From positions 1 to 59,669 of the forward strand of contig CBFGJV010000017.1 of NCBI GenBank assembly GCA_965649205.1: a stretch of 59,669 nucleotides of DNA, written 5' to 3'. Under the pieces are notes generated by a model. That model saw only the letters and a list, made by a program, of their open reading frames with translations, did no database searches and was not told the DNA's origin. The stretch comes from a candidate division WOR-3 bacterium. Its GTDB lineage: Bacteria; Hydrothermota; Tepidihabitantia; Tepidihabitantales; Tepidihabitantaceae. The translations under genes were made by a program, and so were the position numbers. Below are positions 8,329 to 19,400 of this stretch, one piece after another. The stretch's first letter is position 1; the number at the start of each line of letters is the position of its first letter.

Positions 8329-9330
8329 CTACTCCTGCCCTAACAGAACCCGAAATCTGCTTGCCCCGATGATACCAGCATCGCTGCCCAGCTGCGCTGC
8401 CACAATCTGCAATCGACGGCCCATATAGGTTTGCGCCCGATTGAAAACTGTACGCCTTGCTGCTAACAGAAGAGGCTGGCCCAGACCACTGAGCCCTCCC
8501 CCCACAGCAATTCGCTCTGGGTCCAACAACGCTATTGCATTCACCAAGCCCAGACCCAAATAGAATCCGGTTTCTTCTACTATCTCCAGGGCCAGCTTGT
8601 CTCTGCGTCGGGCCGCCCGGCCTATCAGCTCCGGGCTCAGACAGTCCAGCCTGTCCTGACAGAAGCTAAACAGCAGACTGGGCGATTCTGCGCCCTCTAT
8701 GAAAGAAATCTGATTCCTATGGCTAATCCTCTTCAGCTGCATTCTCAACTTCATACGCGCCCGATGCAGCAGATACCTAGCCCCCACATACCTCTCCAGA
8801 CAACCCCTTCCTCCACATTTGCAGCGAAGACCATTGCCAAATATGATTGTATGTCCCAGTTCTGCGGCTGCGTGATTTGCCCCCAGAAGAAGCTTCCCCT
8901 GCACCACCGCGCCAGCGCCCACGCCAGTACCCAAGGTAACACACAGAAAATCAGCGCATCCCTGACCAGCACCATACAGCCACTCACCCAGACACACCGC
9001 ATTAGCATCGTTTCCACACACTACAGACAGACCGGTCATGTCCTCTAGTATTTGCTTCACTGCTGTGCCATGCCAGCCAGGCAAATTAGGCGGGACGCGC
9101 ACTATCCCATGCAAATGATCAACCAGACCGGCGATTCCCACCCCCATGCTTCTTACCCTCTTCTGCCTGCCCCATTCCTGCGCCACCCGCGCCACGCGCT
9201 TCAGGGTGACCATAGGGCCTTCTTCTGCTCTAGTCTGGAATTTCCGTCGCACAACAACTCTACCCTTTGCGTCCACCAGGCCCATTTTCGTATTCGTGCC
9301 GCCGATATCAACGCCTATATCGTATAACAT
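8329..9330 (-). CDS. ROK family sugar kinase (glucokinase-like)
   Basis: GVDIGGTN, NDANAVCLGE, TLGTGVGAG, ELGH, CKCGGRGCLE. Confidence 0.92.
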   Translation of the reverse strand: MLYDIGVDIGGTNTKMGLVDAKGRVVVRRKFQTRAEEGPMVTLKRVARVAQEWGRQKRVRSMGVGIAGLVDHLHGIVRVPPNLPGWHGTAVKQILEDMTGLSVVCGNDANAVCLGEWLYGAGQGCADFLCVTLGTGVGAGAVVQGKLLLGANHAAAELGHTIIFGNGLRCKCGGRGCLERYVGARYLLHRARMKLRMQLKRISHRNQISFIEGAESPSLLFSFCQDRLDCLSPELIGRAARRRDKLALEIVEETGFYLGLGLVNAIALLDPERIAVGGGLSGLGQPLLLAARRTVFNRAQTYMGRRLQIVAAQLGSDAGIIGASRFRVLLGQE

Positions 9331-9348
9331 AGTCTCCTGTATTGCCTG

Positions 9349-10587
9349 CTATCTTTCTCTAACCGCAGAAGCGTACAACCACCTCAATGCGCGTTCATAG
9401 GCTCCTGTCATTTCCACTCCGCGCCGGGCCATCATCCGCCTAGCGCATTCCACTGCTTCATCCTCTTTCCATCTGCCTTCTTCCCTGCTTTTTCGCCTCA
9501 CACCTGCCCCCATCTTCCCCGCGGTCAAGAATGTTCTCGGCCAATAAAAAGCTGGGATTTCCCGGGGCGACAAACCAGATTCAAACCAGTTAGCAAAGGT
9601 GCCAATACGAGTACCGGTATTCAATAACGTACCTATCGCTGTCTTCGCGTGGTCGCCGACAAAACAACCCACTTTCAGCAATCCGGTATCCACCGGTCGT
9701 CCGCCGAAAAACACCCGTACCGGTTCATAGGCATTCTTCAAATCCGAATTGGTGGTAAGCGCTCCAAGATTCACCCACTCACCCACATAACTGTGGCCGA
9801 TAAAACCCTCGTGCTGCTTATTGGCATAGCCCTGAAACACAGAGGCTTCCACTTCCCCGCCGATGCGACAAGCCGGCCCGAATGAGCAACCCGGCCTTAT
9901 CTTAGCACCGTCGATAATTGTACCCGGCCCAACATAGCACGGTCCTTCCAGGAAACTGCCCGGTTTGATCTGGGCGTGACGGTCTATCATTACTGGTCCG
10001 GTTTCGGTGCTGATAACTACTCCAGGCCACACCCTTGCGCCGGCCGCAATCCCAAGTCTCTGCCTGGGGCCCACCACAATTACCCCCGCTGGCAGAACAC
10101 CTTTCTTCCTTCCCCCAAGTGGCTGGACACACTCTTTGCTAAGCTCACCAGGATTGAACTCCACAACATCCCACGGTCTAGCCACCACCATTCCGTCTAC
10201 CTGTTCCTGCGGCAGAGCCACTCTCAACGTCCTGTCGGAACTGAAGTTCTCTGCCCTCTCTGCATTCAGGCGGAAACCTGCTATCTGATTATTAACTACA
10301 AGGATCGCCTCTTTACCTTCGGTCTTCACCCCCTGGCGGAGAATCAAGGCGCCGGAAAGAAAAAGACAGTTCTCCCTTATCGGCTGATTTATGCGGCAGT
10401 CCGGATGTTTTTCCGCCACCAATCCGGCCAACCCGTCGCGCACCCAGAGATGAAACTCATCCCGCGGATAGAGTCGACGCATCTTTTCCAGCAGCGTAAA
10501 CCGTCCACAACGCAAATCGCAGACAGGCCGCAGGTCAACCAAAGGAGAAAGCTCGTAAAGCGTTTCGTCCTCGTATAAGCATATCAT
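9349..10587 (-). CDS. GlmU-like protein: degenerate nucleotidyltransferase N-domain plus left-handed beta-helix acyltransferase
   Basis: LSPLVDLRPVCDLRCGRFTLLEK N-terminus, hexapeptide repeats, NKQHEGFIGHSYVGEWVNLGALTTNSDLKN. Confidence 0.8.
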   Translation of the reverse strand: MICLYEDETLYELSPLVDLRPVCDLRCGRFTLLEKMRRLYPRDEFHLWVRDGLAGLVAEKHPDCRINQPIRENCLFLSGALILRQGVKTEGKEAILVVNNQIAGFRLNAERAENFSSDRTLRVALPQEQVDGMVVARPWDVVEFNPGELSKECVQPLGGRKKGVLPAGVIVVGPRQRLGIAAGARVWPGVVISTETGPVMIDRHAQIKPGSFLEGPCYVGPGTIIDGAKIRPGCSFGPACRIGGEVEASVFQGYANKQHEGFIGHSYVGEWVNLGALTTNSDLKNAYEPVRVFFGGRPVDTGLLKVGCFVGDHAKTAIGTLLNTGTRIGTFANWFESGLSPREIPAFYWPRTFLTAGKMGAGVRRKSREEGRWKEDEAVECARRMMARRGVEMTGAYERALRWLYASAVRER

Positions 10588-10593
10588 GCGCCA

Positions 10594-10621
10594 AGCATAT
10601 GTTCGACCCGTCCCCTGTCAA
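10594..10621 (-). promoter_or_regulatory. Sigma70-type promoter, probably leaderless
   Basis: Minus strand TTGACA-N16-TATGCT, then 6 nt to ATG 10587; same geometry as the pyk promoter. Confidence 0.65.
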
Positions 10622-10727
10622 GAGCCCGCCCACGCGCAAAGTCAAAAACCCGTGTACAATCGCACAGCAGCAGGACACCGCTTCTGAGAAATCCTCTCTC
10701 CACCTTAAAACCCAACTCCTTGACAGC

Positions 10728-10756
10728 TTGACACACCGTCTACTTCAGCCTAGCAT
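10728..10756 (+). promoter_or_regulatory. Sigma70-type promoter of the methylmalonyl-CoA cluster
   Basis: TTGACA-N17-TAGCAT, 5 nt before GTG 10762; a second TTGACA at 10720. Confidence 0.55.
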
Positions 10757-10761
10757 CGTCA

Positions 10762-12342
10762 GTGATGGAACAAGACAGCCCGCCGGACTCCGAAAAACTC
10801 GCGAACATTCTCGCCGAATTGAACCGACGTAATGAACAGGCCCTGCTGGGTGGGGGCAAGGAACGGATTGAGAAACAACACGCAGCCGGAAAGCTGACCG
10901 CGCGCGAGCGCTTGCACATCTTGCTGGATGAGGGCAGCTTTGTGGAGCTGGACCGGTTGCGTGTACACGACTGCCATGAATTCGGTATGGACCAACAACG
11001 CATACCGGGAGATGCGGTAGTAACTGGATATGGGCGAATTCACGGTCGGCCGGTTGCTGTTTTTTCTCAGGACTTCACTGTCCTCGGCGGCACTCTCTCC
11101 AAGGTATTTGCCGAAAAGGTATGCAAGATAATGGACCTGGCTATGAAGGTCGGAATGCCTATCATCGGTCTCAACGACTCCGGTGGAGCACGCATACAGG
11201 AAGGTGCTGTCAGCCTGGGCGGCTACGCGGATATATTCTTACGCAACGTACTGGCATCCGGCGTTGTCCCTCAGATTTCTTGTATTCTCGGTCCTTGCGC
11301 AGGAGGGGCTGTATACTCGCCTGCGCTCACGGATTTCATTCTTATGGCCGAAGGTTCCAGCTACATGTTTGTTACCGGCCCTGATGTCATTAAGGCTGTA
11401 ACCCGAGAAGAAGTCACTAAGGAAAAACTCGGAGGTGCCGATACTCACACCGCGGTTTCGGGCGTTGCCCACTTCAAGGCCCTGGACGACAGAGATGTGC
11501 TGGAACTATGTCGCCGTCTTCTTACCTATCTTCCCCAGAATAACCAGCAGCTGCCACCTTACGAAGACCCTGCCGATGAACCGATGCGTGACGTGGAAGG
11601 AATTGAAGAAATAATCCCGAACGACTCCCGCAAAGCCTACGATATGACGGCCATAATCCGACGCACCGTTGACCAGGGCACTTTTCTGGAAGTACAGAGG
11701 GCATGGGCGAAAAACATAATCATAGGTTTCGCCCGCATGGCCGGACAGGTCATCGGCATCGTGGCAAACCAACCCCAGTTCCTGGCCGGCTGTCTGGACA
11801 TAGACGCCTCGGTCAAAGCCGCCCGTTTTATCCGCTTCCTCGACGCCTTCAACATACCCATAGTGACCTTTGTGGACGTGCCCGGCTTTCTTCCTGGAAC
11901 CAAACAGGAATACGGCGGAATAATCAGACACGGTGCAAAACTGCTGTATGCTTACTGCGAAGCTACCGTGCCCAAGATTACCGTGATCACCCGCCGGGCC
12001 TATGGCGGCGCCTACGACGTAATGTCTTCCAAACACATCCGGGGTGATTTCAACTTCGCCTTTTCCACCGCCGAAATCGCAGTTATGGGTGCAGACGGAG
12101 CGGTAAACATACTTTTTCGAAAAGAAATAGCCGCATCTCGCGATCCGGAAGAAACCAGGCAGGAACTCATACGAGAATACGAGGAAAAGTTCTCCAATCC
12201 GTTTCGTGCCGCGGAACTCGGCTATGTGGACGAGATTATTGATTTCAAGGACACCCGGAGAAAAATAGTACGCTCCCTCGAGTTACTCCGCACCAAGAAA
12301 ATAACAAACCCTTGGCGTAAACATGGCAATATACCGCTATAA
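10762..12342 (+). CDS. Acyl-CoA carboxyltransferase (propionyl-CoA carboxylase beta / methylmalonyl-CoA decarboxylase alpha)
   Basis: [54 protein letters not shown]-terminal KHGNIPL. Confidence 0.93.
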   Translation: MMEQDSPPDSEKLANILAELNRRNEQALLGGGKERIEKQHAAGKLTARERLHILLDEGSFVELDRLRVHDCHEFGMDQQRIPGDAVVTGYGRIHGRPVAVFSQDFTVLGGTLSKVFAEKVCKIMDLAMKVGMPIIGLNDSGGARIQEGAVSLGGYADIFLRNVLASGVVPQISCILGPCAGGAVYSPALTDFILMAEGSSYMFVTGPDVIKAVTREEVTKEKLGGADTHTAVSGVAHFKALDDRDVLELCRRLLTYLPQNNQQLPPYEDPADEPMRDVEGIEEIIPNDSRKAYDMTAIIRRTVDQGTFLEVQRAWAKNIIIGFARMAGQVIGIVANQPQFLAGCLDIDASVKAARFIRFLDAFNIPIVTFVDVPGFLPGTKQEYGGIIRHGAKLLYAYCEATVPKITVITRRAYGGAYDVMSSKHIRGDFNFAFSTAEIAVMGADGAVNILFRKEIAASRDPEETRQELIREYEEKFSNPFRAAELGYVDEIIDFKDTRRKIVRSLELLRTKKITNPWRKHGNIPL

Positions 12343-12375
12343 AGAATAGCCCTTTTCCTAACCTGCAGGAGCGCA

Positions 12376-14070
12376 ATGAAAGACGAAAAAAAGGACCCCG
12401 CGGGCCGAAAATCGGAATGGGAAGATAAGGGAACTGATGCACTTGCCGCTCTGCAGCGCTGGCAACAGCAAACGCTGAACCCGGCTCTGCAGAAGATGCC
12501 CGAACGGGCTGCACATTTTGAAACCACTTCCGGCATTGAACTCGAACGCCTCTACCTGCCCCTCCCCTCAGAACCCTTCCTCGGTTTTCCCGGCTCCTTT
12601 CCTTTCACGCGCGGGATACAGCCTACCAAGTACCGCGCTCGCCTCTGGACTATGCGTCAATACGCCGGTTTCGGTTCGGCAGAAGAAACCAACGCTCGCT
12701 ACCACTACCTCCTTTCTCAAGGACAGACCGGTCTTTCTGTGGCCTTCGACTTACCCACGCAAATGGGCTACGACTCTGACCACCCCTTGGCCCGCGGAGA
12801 AGTAGGTAAAGTGGGAGTTGCCATTTCCACTCTGGATGACATGGCCGCTCTGTTCAAGGACATACCGCTTGACCAGGTCTCAACTTCTATGACTATAAAT
12901 GCTACTGCCGGCATTCTACTTGCCATGTACTGTGTACTGGCTGAAAGGCAGGGGTTATCACTCAAACGCCTCCGCGGCACCATCCAGAACGACATTCTCA
13001 AAGAATATGTCGCCCGTGGTGCTTACATCTTCCCTCCTCGCCCTTCCCTTCGCCTGGTTACAGACATTATCGTCTGGTGTGCGCGAGAGACCCCGGAATG
13101 GAATCCCATAAGCATATCTGGTTATCACATCCGGGAAGCCGGTGCCAATGCCATACAGGAACTGGCTTTCACCTTTGCAAACGGGATTGAGTACATAAAG
13201 TCTGTCCTCGCTGCCGGATTGCGCATCGACGAGTTTGCTCCGCGGCTATCCTTCTTTTTTGCCGCCCACTCCCATATTCTGGAAGAAGTGGCCAAGTTTC
13301 GAGCTGCGCGTCGGCTCTGGGCCAAAATTCTGCGCGAACGCTGGAACGCCTCAGACGAATCCTGCAAACTCCGCTTTCACACCCAGACCGGCGGCGTCAC
13401 GCTGACCGCTCAGCAACCCGACAACAATATCGTACGCGTCGCTTTTCAGGCGCTCGCCGCGGTACTTGGTGGCACCCAGAGCTTGCACACCAATGCGCGC
13501 GACGAAGCTCTGTCGCTACCCACCCCGGAATCTGCCACCCTTGCCCTGCGCACTCAACAGATAATCGCCCACGAGACAGGCGTAGCCGATACAGTCGATC
13601 CGCTGGGTGGCTCCTACTGCATAGAACGACTGACCGACGAAATCGAACATCGGGTCCGCCAGCTGCTGGAGCAGGTAGAATCTCGCGGTGGGGCCGCACA
13701 GGCAATCGAACAGGGCTTCGTCCAGGAACAGATTGCCGAAAGTGCCTACGAGTATCAGAAACAGATAGAAACTGGCGAGCGGGTGGTGGTAGGGCTCAAC
13801 CGCTATCTGGACAGTAGCGCCGCTCCCCAATACGGTCTGCTTCGGATTGATTCGCAGTTTGAAGCAAACCGCGCTGCTCTGCTCGCCCGTCACCGGGCGA
13901 AACGAAACCAGTTCAAAGTTCTTGCCTCTCTGAAATCCCTCCAAACGGCAGCTGAAAGCAGCCAGAATCTCATGCCTGCCATCATGGATGCGGTGCGGGC
14001 CGAATGTACCGTAGGCGAGATATCCGATGCGTTGCGCCGTGCCTTCGGTGAACACGACCGTCGTGCCTGA
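12376..14070 (+). CDS. Methylmalonyl-CoA mutase, catalytic (large) subunit without B12-binding domain
   Basis: WTMRQYAGFG (Tyr), QNDILKEYVARG (Arg), ISISGYHIREAG, GGTQSLHTN, DPLGGSY. No DxHxxG cobalamin domain. Confidence 0.92.
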   Translation: MKDEKKDPAGRKSEWEDKGTDALAALQRWQQQTLNPALQKMPERAAHFETTSGIELERLYLPLPSEPFLGFPGSFPFTRGIQPTKYRARLWTMRQYAGFGSAEETNARYHYLLSQGQTGLSVAFDLPTQMGYDSDHPLARGEVGKVGVAISTLDDMAALFKDIPLDQVSTSMTINATAGILLAMYCVLAERQGLSLKRLRGTIQNDILKEYVARGAYIFPPRPSLRLVTDIIVWCARETPEWNPISISGYHIREAGANAIQELAFTFANGIEYIKSVLAAGLRIDEFAPRLSFFFAAHSHILEEVAKFRAARRLWAKILRERWNASDESCKLRFHTQTGGVTLTAQQPDNNIVRVAFQALAAVLGGTQSLHTNARDEALSLPTPESATLALRTQQIIAHETGVADTVDPLGGSYCIERLTDEIEHRVRQLLEQVESRGGAAQAIEQGFVQEQIAESAYEYQKQIETGERVVVGLNRYLDSSAAPQYGLLRIDSQFEANRAALLARHRAKRNQFKVLASLKSLQTAAESSQNLMPAIMDAVRAECTVGEISDALRRAFGEHDRRA

Positions 14071-14091
14071 ACCTTAACTCTAGGGAGCGTC

Positions 14092-14541
14092 ATGATAAAA
14101 AAAATCAACCACATAGCCATTGCTGTCCCTGACCTGCAGACAGCAGCAGATTTCTACAAGCGGCAACTGGGACTCGAATTGACCGGACAGGAAACCATAG
14201 CCAGCAACAGGGTCAAAGTCGGGTTTCTGCGCCTGGGTGACAGTTCTATTGAGCTGATTCAACCTGACTCGGACGACTCGCCGGTGGCTAAGTTTCTCCG
14301 GACCCGCGGTCCAGGCATCCACCATTTGTGCTTGGAAGTTGACGACATCGATGCCGAATTTACCCGGCTCCGGGCAGCGGGCGTGAAGTTTACCAGCACC
14401 AGCCCTTTAGCAGGAGCGCACGGCTGTCGGGTAGCATTCATTCATCCAGATACGACGGGTGGCGTACTGCTGGAACTGAGCCAGCCGCCGCCTGCGTCTG
14501 ATAATTGCGAAACTTCACAAGAAACACCATTGACAGCATGA
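14092..14541 (+). CDS. mce: Methylmalonyl-CoA epimerase (VOC family)
   Basis: NHIAIAV, IELIQP, GPGIHHLCLEV, AFIHP...GGVLLELSQ; sits next to the mutase. Confidence 0.92.
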   Translation: MIKKINHIAIAVPDLQTAADFYKRQLGLELTGQETIASNRVKVGFLRLGDSSIELIQPDSDDSPVAKFLRTRGPGIHHLCLEVDDIDAEFTRLRAAGVKFTSTSPLAGAHGCRVAFIHPDTTGGVLLELSQPPPASDNCETSQETPLTA

Positions 14542-15800
14542 ACATAGACCTTTCCTACGGCAATACAACAGAAACGGTCCACATACCGGACGAAAACCTG
14601 CTGGGAATCATATATCCGCATGAATTTGTCCCCCTCCAGAATACCGCTGAAAAACTAAGGGAGATGGCCGCAGCGGCCGCTCAGACACTTCGCACCAGCC
14701 GACGGGTTCTGGTAGTAGTTAATGACTATACCCCCCCCACCCCCACGGATTTAATCCTGACCGCACTGGACCCTGTTTTGAAAGACAAGGAAGTCCGCAT
14801 ACTAGTTGCCTTGGGCACACACAGAGAACCGAGTGTTGAAGAATTGAATAGCATACTTGGCTTTGGGTATCTCAACTCTCACCCGTTCCCTGTCCTGTTG
14901 CACAACTGTCACAACCCGTCCCAGCTCCTCTTCCGAGGCAAAACCCGCTTCTCTACCGAAGTCTGGTTCAACCGTGCCGAAGCCTGGGCCGATACAATAC
15001 TGGCCATCAATTCCGTTGAACCTCACTATTTCGCCGGTTATACCGGTGGCCGCAAGAGTTTTGTGCCGGGCATAGCTGGACACCAAACTATCCGTCAGAA
15101 TCATGACTTGGTAGTGGACGCCAACGCGCGCACCTTTACTCTGGCAGGCAATCCAGTTCATGAAGACATGCAGGAGGCGGCCCGCATGTTGTCTCGGCCC
15201 GTGTTTTCCGTGCAATTGGTACTGAACCCGCGCCACCAGCTCTATTCCCTGCACTATGGCGACCTGTTTTCTAGCTTTGCTGCCGCCACCCGCGACTGCT
15301 ATCCTGTTTACGCCGTATCCGTGGAACAATCGGCAGACATAGTTCTAAGCGTATTGCAGCCACCCTACGACATCAACTTATACCAGGCGCAGCGTGCTGT
15401 AGAGTTTGCCCGCTGCATACTGGGTAAAAAATCTATTCACGTCGCTGTCTCCGCTTGCCGTGACGGTATAGGCGATGACAGCTTTATCAAGGTATTCCGG
15501 GGCGTACAATCAGCAGCCGAACTTCTGGAAAGGGCAGCCGTTTCCAGGGGACATCAATCTCCTTTTCCCCTTGGTTGGCACAAGTCTGTTCGCCTGGCCC
15601 AGATTATGCAGAATACCGATCTGTATGCAGTGCTGCACAATGTGGAAGACGCGACGGTGCACAGCGCATTTATGCATCCCTTCCCTTCTGTCCAATCCGC
15701 TCTGGACGCTGCTCTTAGCCAGATTGGTCCCCATGCGAAGGTATATGTTATTCCCGATGCGGGCAGTGTGGTCCCGGTCTTAACCCTTTCCGGACAATAA
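14538..15800 (+). CDS. larA: LarA-family nickel-pincer-dependent racemase/epimerase
   Basis: VVVNDYT, VALGTHR, HNC, VEPHYFAGYTGGRKSFVPG, NH, GNPVHEDM, DINLYQ. ATG 14538 overlaps the mce stop (ATGA). Confidence 0.85.
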   Translation: MNIDLSYGNTTETVHIPDENLLGIIYPHEFVPLQNTAEKLREMAAAAAQTLRTSRRVLVVVNDYTPPTPTDLILTALDPVLKDKEVRILVALGTHREPSVEELNSILGFGYLNSHPFPVLLHNCHNPSQLLFRGKTRFSTEVWFNRAEAWADTILAINSVEPHYFAGYTGGRKSFVPGIAGHQTIRQNHDLVVDANARTFTLAGNPVHEDMQEAARMLSRPVFSVQLVLNPRHQLYSLHYGDLFSSFAAATRDCYPVYAVSVEQSADIVLSVLQPPYDINLYQAQRAVEFARCILGKKSIHVAVSACRDGIGDDSFIKVFRGVQSAAELLERAAVSRGHQSPFPLGWHKSVRLAQIMQNTDLYAVLHNVEDATVHSAFMHPFPSVQSALDAALSQIGPHAKVYVIPDAGSVVPVLTLSGQ

Positions 15801-15817
15801 TGTTAGGATAAACCAAT

Positions 15818-15846
15818 TTGACAAACGTCTGTCTGAACCTTACTAT
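15818..15846 (+). promoter_or_regulatory. Sigma70-type promoter about 225 nt upstream of the RRM gene
   Basis: TTGACA-N17-TACTAT. Confidence 0.6.
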
Positions 15847-16072
15847 TTGCCGTTGGATGTCTGCGGCCGATGTCCAGCAGAACAGAAAAGATAGGCCGTG
15901 AATAGCTTGCTGGAATTCAGAGCCTACCGGTCACAAAGAACGCGGCAAGCTCACTGGTTTTGAGTTGCAACCATATCAAAACCTCCAGAGCAAAGTTGGC
16001 GATTGCCGGTAAATAGCGTCGAACGCTAGCCCCTGAAAACCAATACAAGCAATAACAGACCGGAGGTATTAC

Positions 16073-16402
16073 ATGTCAAAGCGAGTGTTCGTAGGCAATC
16101 TGTCCTTCAATGCCACAGAAGATCAACTTCGTGACTTGTTCAGCAGGCACGGAGAGGTCATCTCAGCGAGTATTGTTACTGATAAATTCACCCATCGCTC
16201 CCGGGGTTTCGCGTTTGTAGAAATGGCGGAGAACGAAGCGGCAAGCGCAGCTATCGCTGCCCTGAATGGTTTTGAACTTGAGGGTCGTCCCCTTACGGTT
16301 AACGAAGCGAGAGAACGAACGCAATTCGGCCGCGAGAACCGCAACAGAAATAAAAACGCAAGATCACGGGAAAAACGTTTTCACGACCGACCTCGCTGGT
16401 AA
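16073..16402 (+). CDS. RRM (RNP) RNA-binding protein
   Basis: RNP2 VFVGNL, RNP1 RGFAFVEM, basic tail; SD GGAGG. Confidence 0.93.
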   Translation: MSKRVFVGNLSFNATEDQLRDLFSRHGEVISASIVTDKFTHRSRGFAFVEMAENEAASAAIAALNGFELEGRPLTVNEARERTQFGRENRNRNKNARSREKRFHDRPRW

Positions 16403-16481
16403 CAGTCCAGCGTCTCAATCTGTCCGGGACATATGTTTAGCCCGCGCCTGCGGTTCCTGCTTTGTAACACTAAAACTCCTG

Positions 16482-19400
16482 CTATTTCTGTATAACCAAC
16501 TTACCGGTGTACGTCGCAAGCTCGGTACCCACTCTTACGAGGTAAACCCCAGCAGGAAAACTGCGCATATCCAAAACGATGGAGGAAGTTTCCCGGCCGA
16601 AAGCAGGCGCTTGGCTTAATACCACGCGCCCCAACGCGTCGTACACTTTTACTGCTAACAGGCCTGTCTGCGGCAGGCTGAGTCTGATGGAAACCCATCC
16701 ATCTGCAACAGGGTTTGGCCGCAAAGAAAAGGAAGAAAAAGGCAGAGTCGCCCGGTAATCTGGAACAACCTTGCTAGTGTCGCCGCCACCTGCAGAAATG
16801 CCCAAAATCGGCAACGTGTAGCTCCACAGTTCGTAGGACTTGCCGCCCTTCAAGGCGTAAAAAACTCCATCACCGATACTGACTATATCAGCACCGGCCT
16901 TCACTCTCTTCGGTTTATCACTCCCTCTACCAAGCTGAGGCATGGTATCCAATTCATACCAAGTATCAGCTTCAGCTGAGTATCTGTAGAATTGGCAAGT
17001 ATTTCCTCCCTTCAGAGCGAAAATACTACCGCCATACCAGGTGCCGGACGCTCCATCCTTTGACTTCTTCTGCTTGACCCCGCCACCCTCAAGTCCGGCC
17101 AAGGGCATACCCCGTAAAGGTGTGCGCAACCAGGACTGGGTAGAAATAGAATAACGAAAGAGGAAGTGATTTGTTCCGTTGTTGCAAACCGCCTGGTGGG
17201 CATAGATGTTATCTTCTCCGTCATAGACCAGAAAAGACCCTCTATCGTACTTTGGTTTCTCAAAGTACGGAACGCTCTCCAGAGTATCCCATCGCTGGGC
17301 CTGAATGTTGAAACGATAAAACTCAGTCTTACCACCCTTCAGCAGATATATGTAACCAGTGTCGTTATGAAACACATATACCGCATCCGTTCCACCTTTG
17401 ACCTTTTTCCCCGCTCCTTTCGGAACTGAAGGCATCTGCTGCCAAGAATCGCCACTGATATCATAACGCCAGAATCCCAGAGTGCTATTGCCTTTAACCA
17501 TAAAGATGCTATTCCCACCATCGGTAACGCCGACGCAACCTTTAGCAGGAGGTTTATTCTTCCCTTCCTCTTCTTGCGGAATGTTGCAACGTTTAGTCCA
17601 GGCATCCGTGGCAGGATCATACTGGTAGAAGTCTACCGTTTTGTTACCTTTAGCCGCGTAGACAAGACCTTTCCCAGCATGATAAGTAAGCCAGGCGCCA
17701 TCTTTAGGTGCCAGCGGCGTAGGAACCTGCGGCATAGGTGCAGCTGGCGTCCAACCTGGCTGCGAAACTACATAGCAGCTTCCCCCTACAGTATCATTTC
17801 CCGGAGCCACATCCGTTCCCAGGACCGTGTAGGCCCTGACAGAGTATTTACCACCAGGACTCGCCGTCCAAGGACGGGAAAAGAAGAAAATGAAAGTATC
17901 GTCGCCCGGTATGAAGAGGTCATTTTCATACGCCTCGTAGGCTATCCTTCCTCCTTGCTCAATAATCAGATGCAGTTCACAGACCGCATCATAACTCTCA
18001 TAGTTAGCCACCCTGACTGCAGGCAAAACTACCGTTCCTGCGCTAACCGACCCTGCTGGCAGAAGGATACTGCTTACCCCCACGTCATGTATAGGATTGT
18101 CAACGATTGCGAAACTGCCCTGCATCAGATCGTTCGCCGGATTATCATCGTAAGCAAGATAGGTGGAACAGCGCACTAAGTATGGCCCAGAATTGTACGG
18201 CTTGGGCCACGCCGGCAGCACCAGAGTACGACTCTGTCCTGATTCCAGTGCCTCTACCCCGATGCTCTGCTCGTACACCTTAGCAGCGGTCTGGTCATAA
18301 AAGCTGACAAATACCTGAAAGGCGGTGGTGCGATTAACCCCGTAATTCTTCACCGTAACTCGCGGCACAACAGTCGCACTGGTATCAAGACTGCCGCCCG
18401 GAGCGTGTATTTTCACCACTCCTACATCGTACTCGGCTGGTGGCAGCACCCGAACCAGGACACCCAGCGTGTCATTGGCTGGATTGCCATCAGTCGGCAC
18501 ATAGACCGAGCAACGTGCAGCGTAGTTCCCAAACGCATGCGGAGCCAGCCAGGGGCGAAAATTCACAGGCATGGTCGAACCTATCGCCAACTCTGAAATA
18601 AAGCAACTGTCGCGATACACCGGACCATACCCTTCCTGCACAACAGTGAACCACACTTTACAACCAAATACCACTGGCCCCACGTTAGCAACCGTAACCG
18701 CAGGAATCACGGTAGCGCCCGTATCCAGTATGCCAGATGTGGGGGCATATATGGTGGTAACCGCTGCATCTGGAGCGGTATTCAGCGGCTCGGTTCTGAA
18801 GTTGAACGTGGAGTTACACAAAGTAGCTCCCCCCGCATTTTTCGCTACCACTCTCCAGTAGTATTTATTGTCGTTAGTCACCCAATTAGTGTAAGGCAGA
18901 ACTGTATCCGTAATATCCCAGCCGATCTTAGTGATCGGATGCGTGTAACGGTCTAAATACACGTCATACCATACGGCTCGAGGCGCAGATCTCCAGGTCA
19001 ACAGTCCCGACAAAGGTAGACCAGTAGAGCCATTCGGAGGCGTGGAAAGGCTGAAAGACCCCGGTCTAGCCACAACAGTGGTAAAACTCCAGATACCTGA
19101 GCTGGTAATACCTCCTGCATTTCTGGCCACAACTTTCCAGTAGTACCGTCGGTCATTGATAAGCCCGGAATAGTTAAAACTGGTATTGACCTGATTAGCA
19201 CTCCGTAGTACCTGCGGTGGATTAACCGTGTCCAGATAGACATCATAACCGGTTGCACGCGCAGCACCCACCCAGCTGAGTGTTCCGGAAATCCCTTGAT
19301 CTAAAGCCCCGTTCATTGGCGAACTCAACTGCGGCAACGCGGGGGCCAACATAGTCTTGAAACTGTTCACCTCCGACTCGGTTCTACCCCCGGGGTTTCT

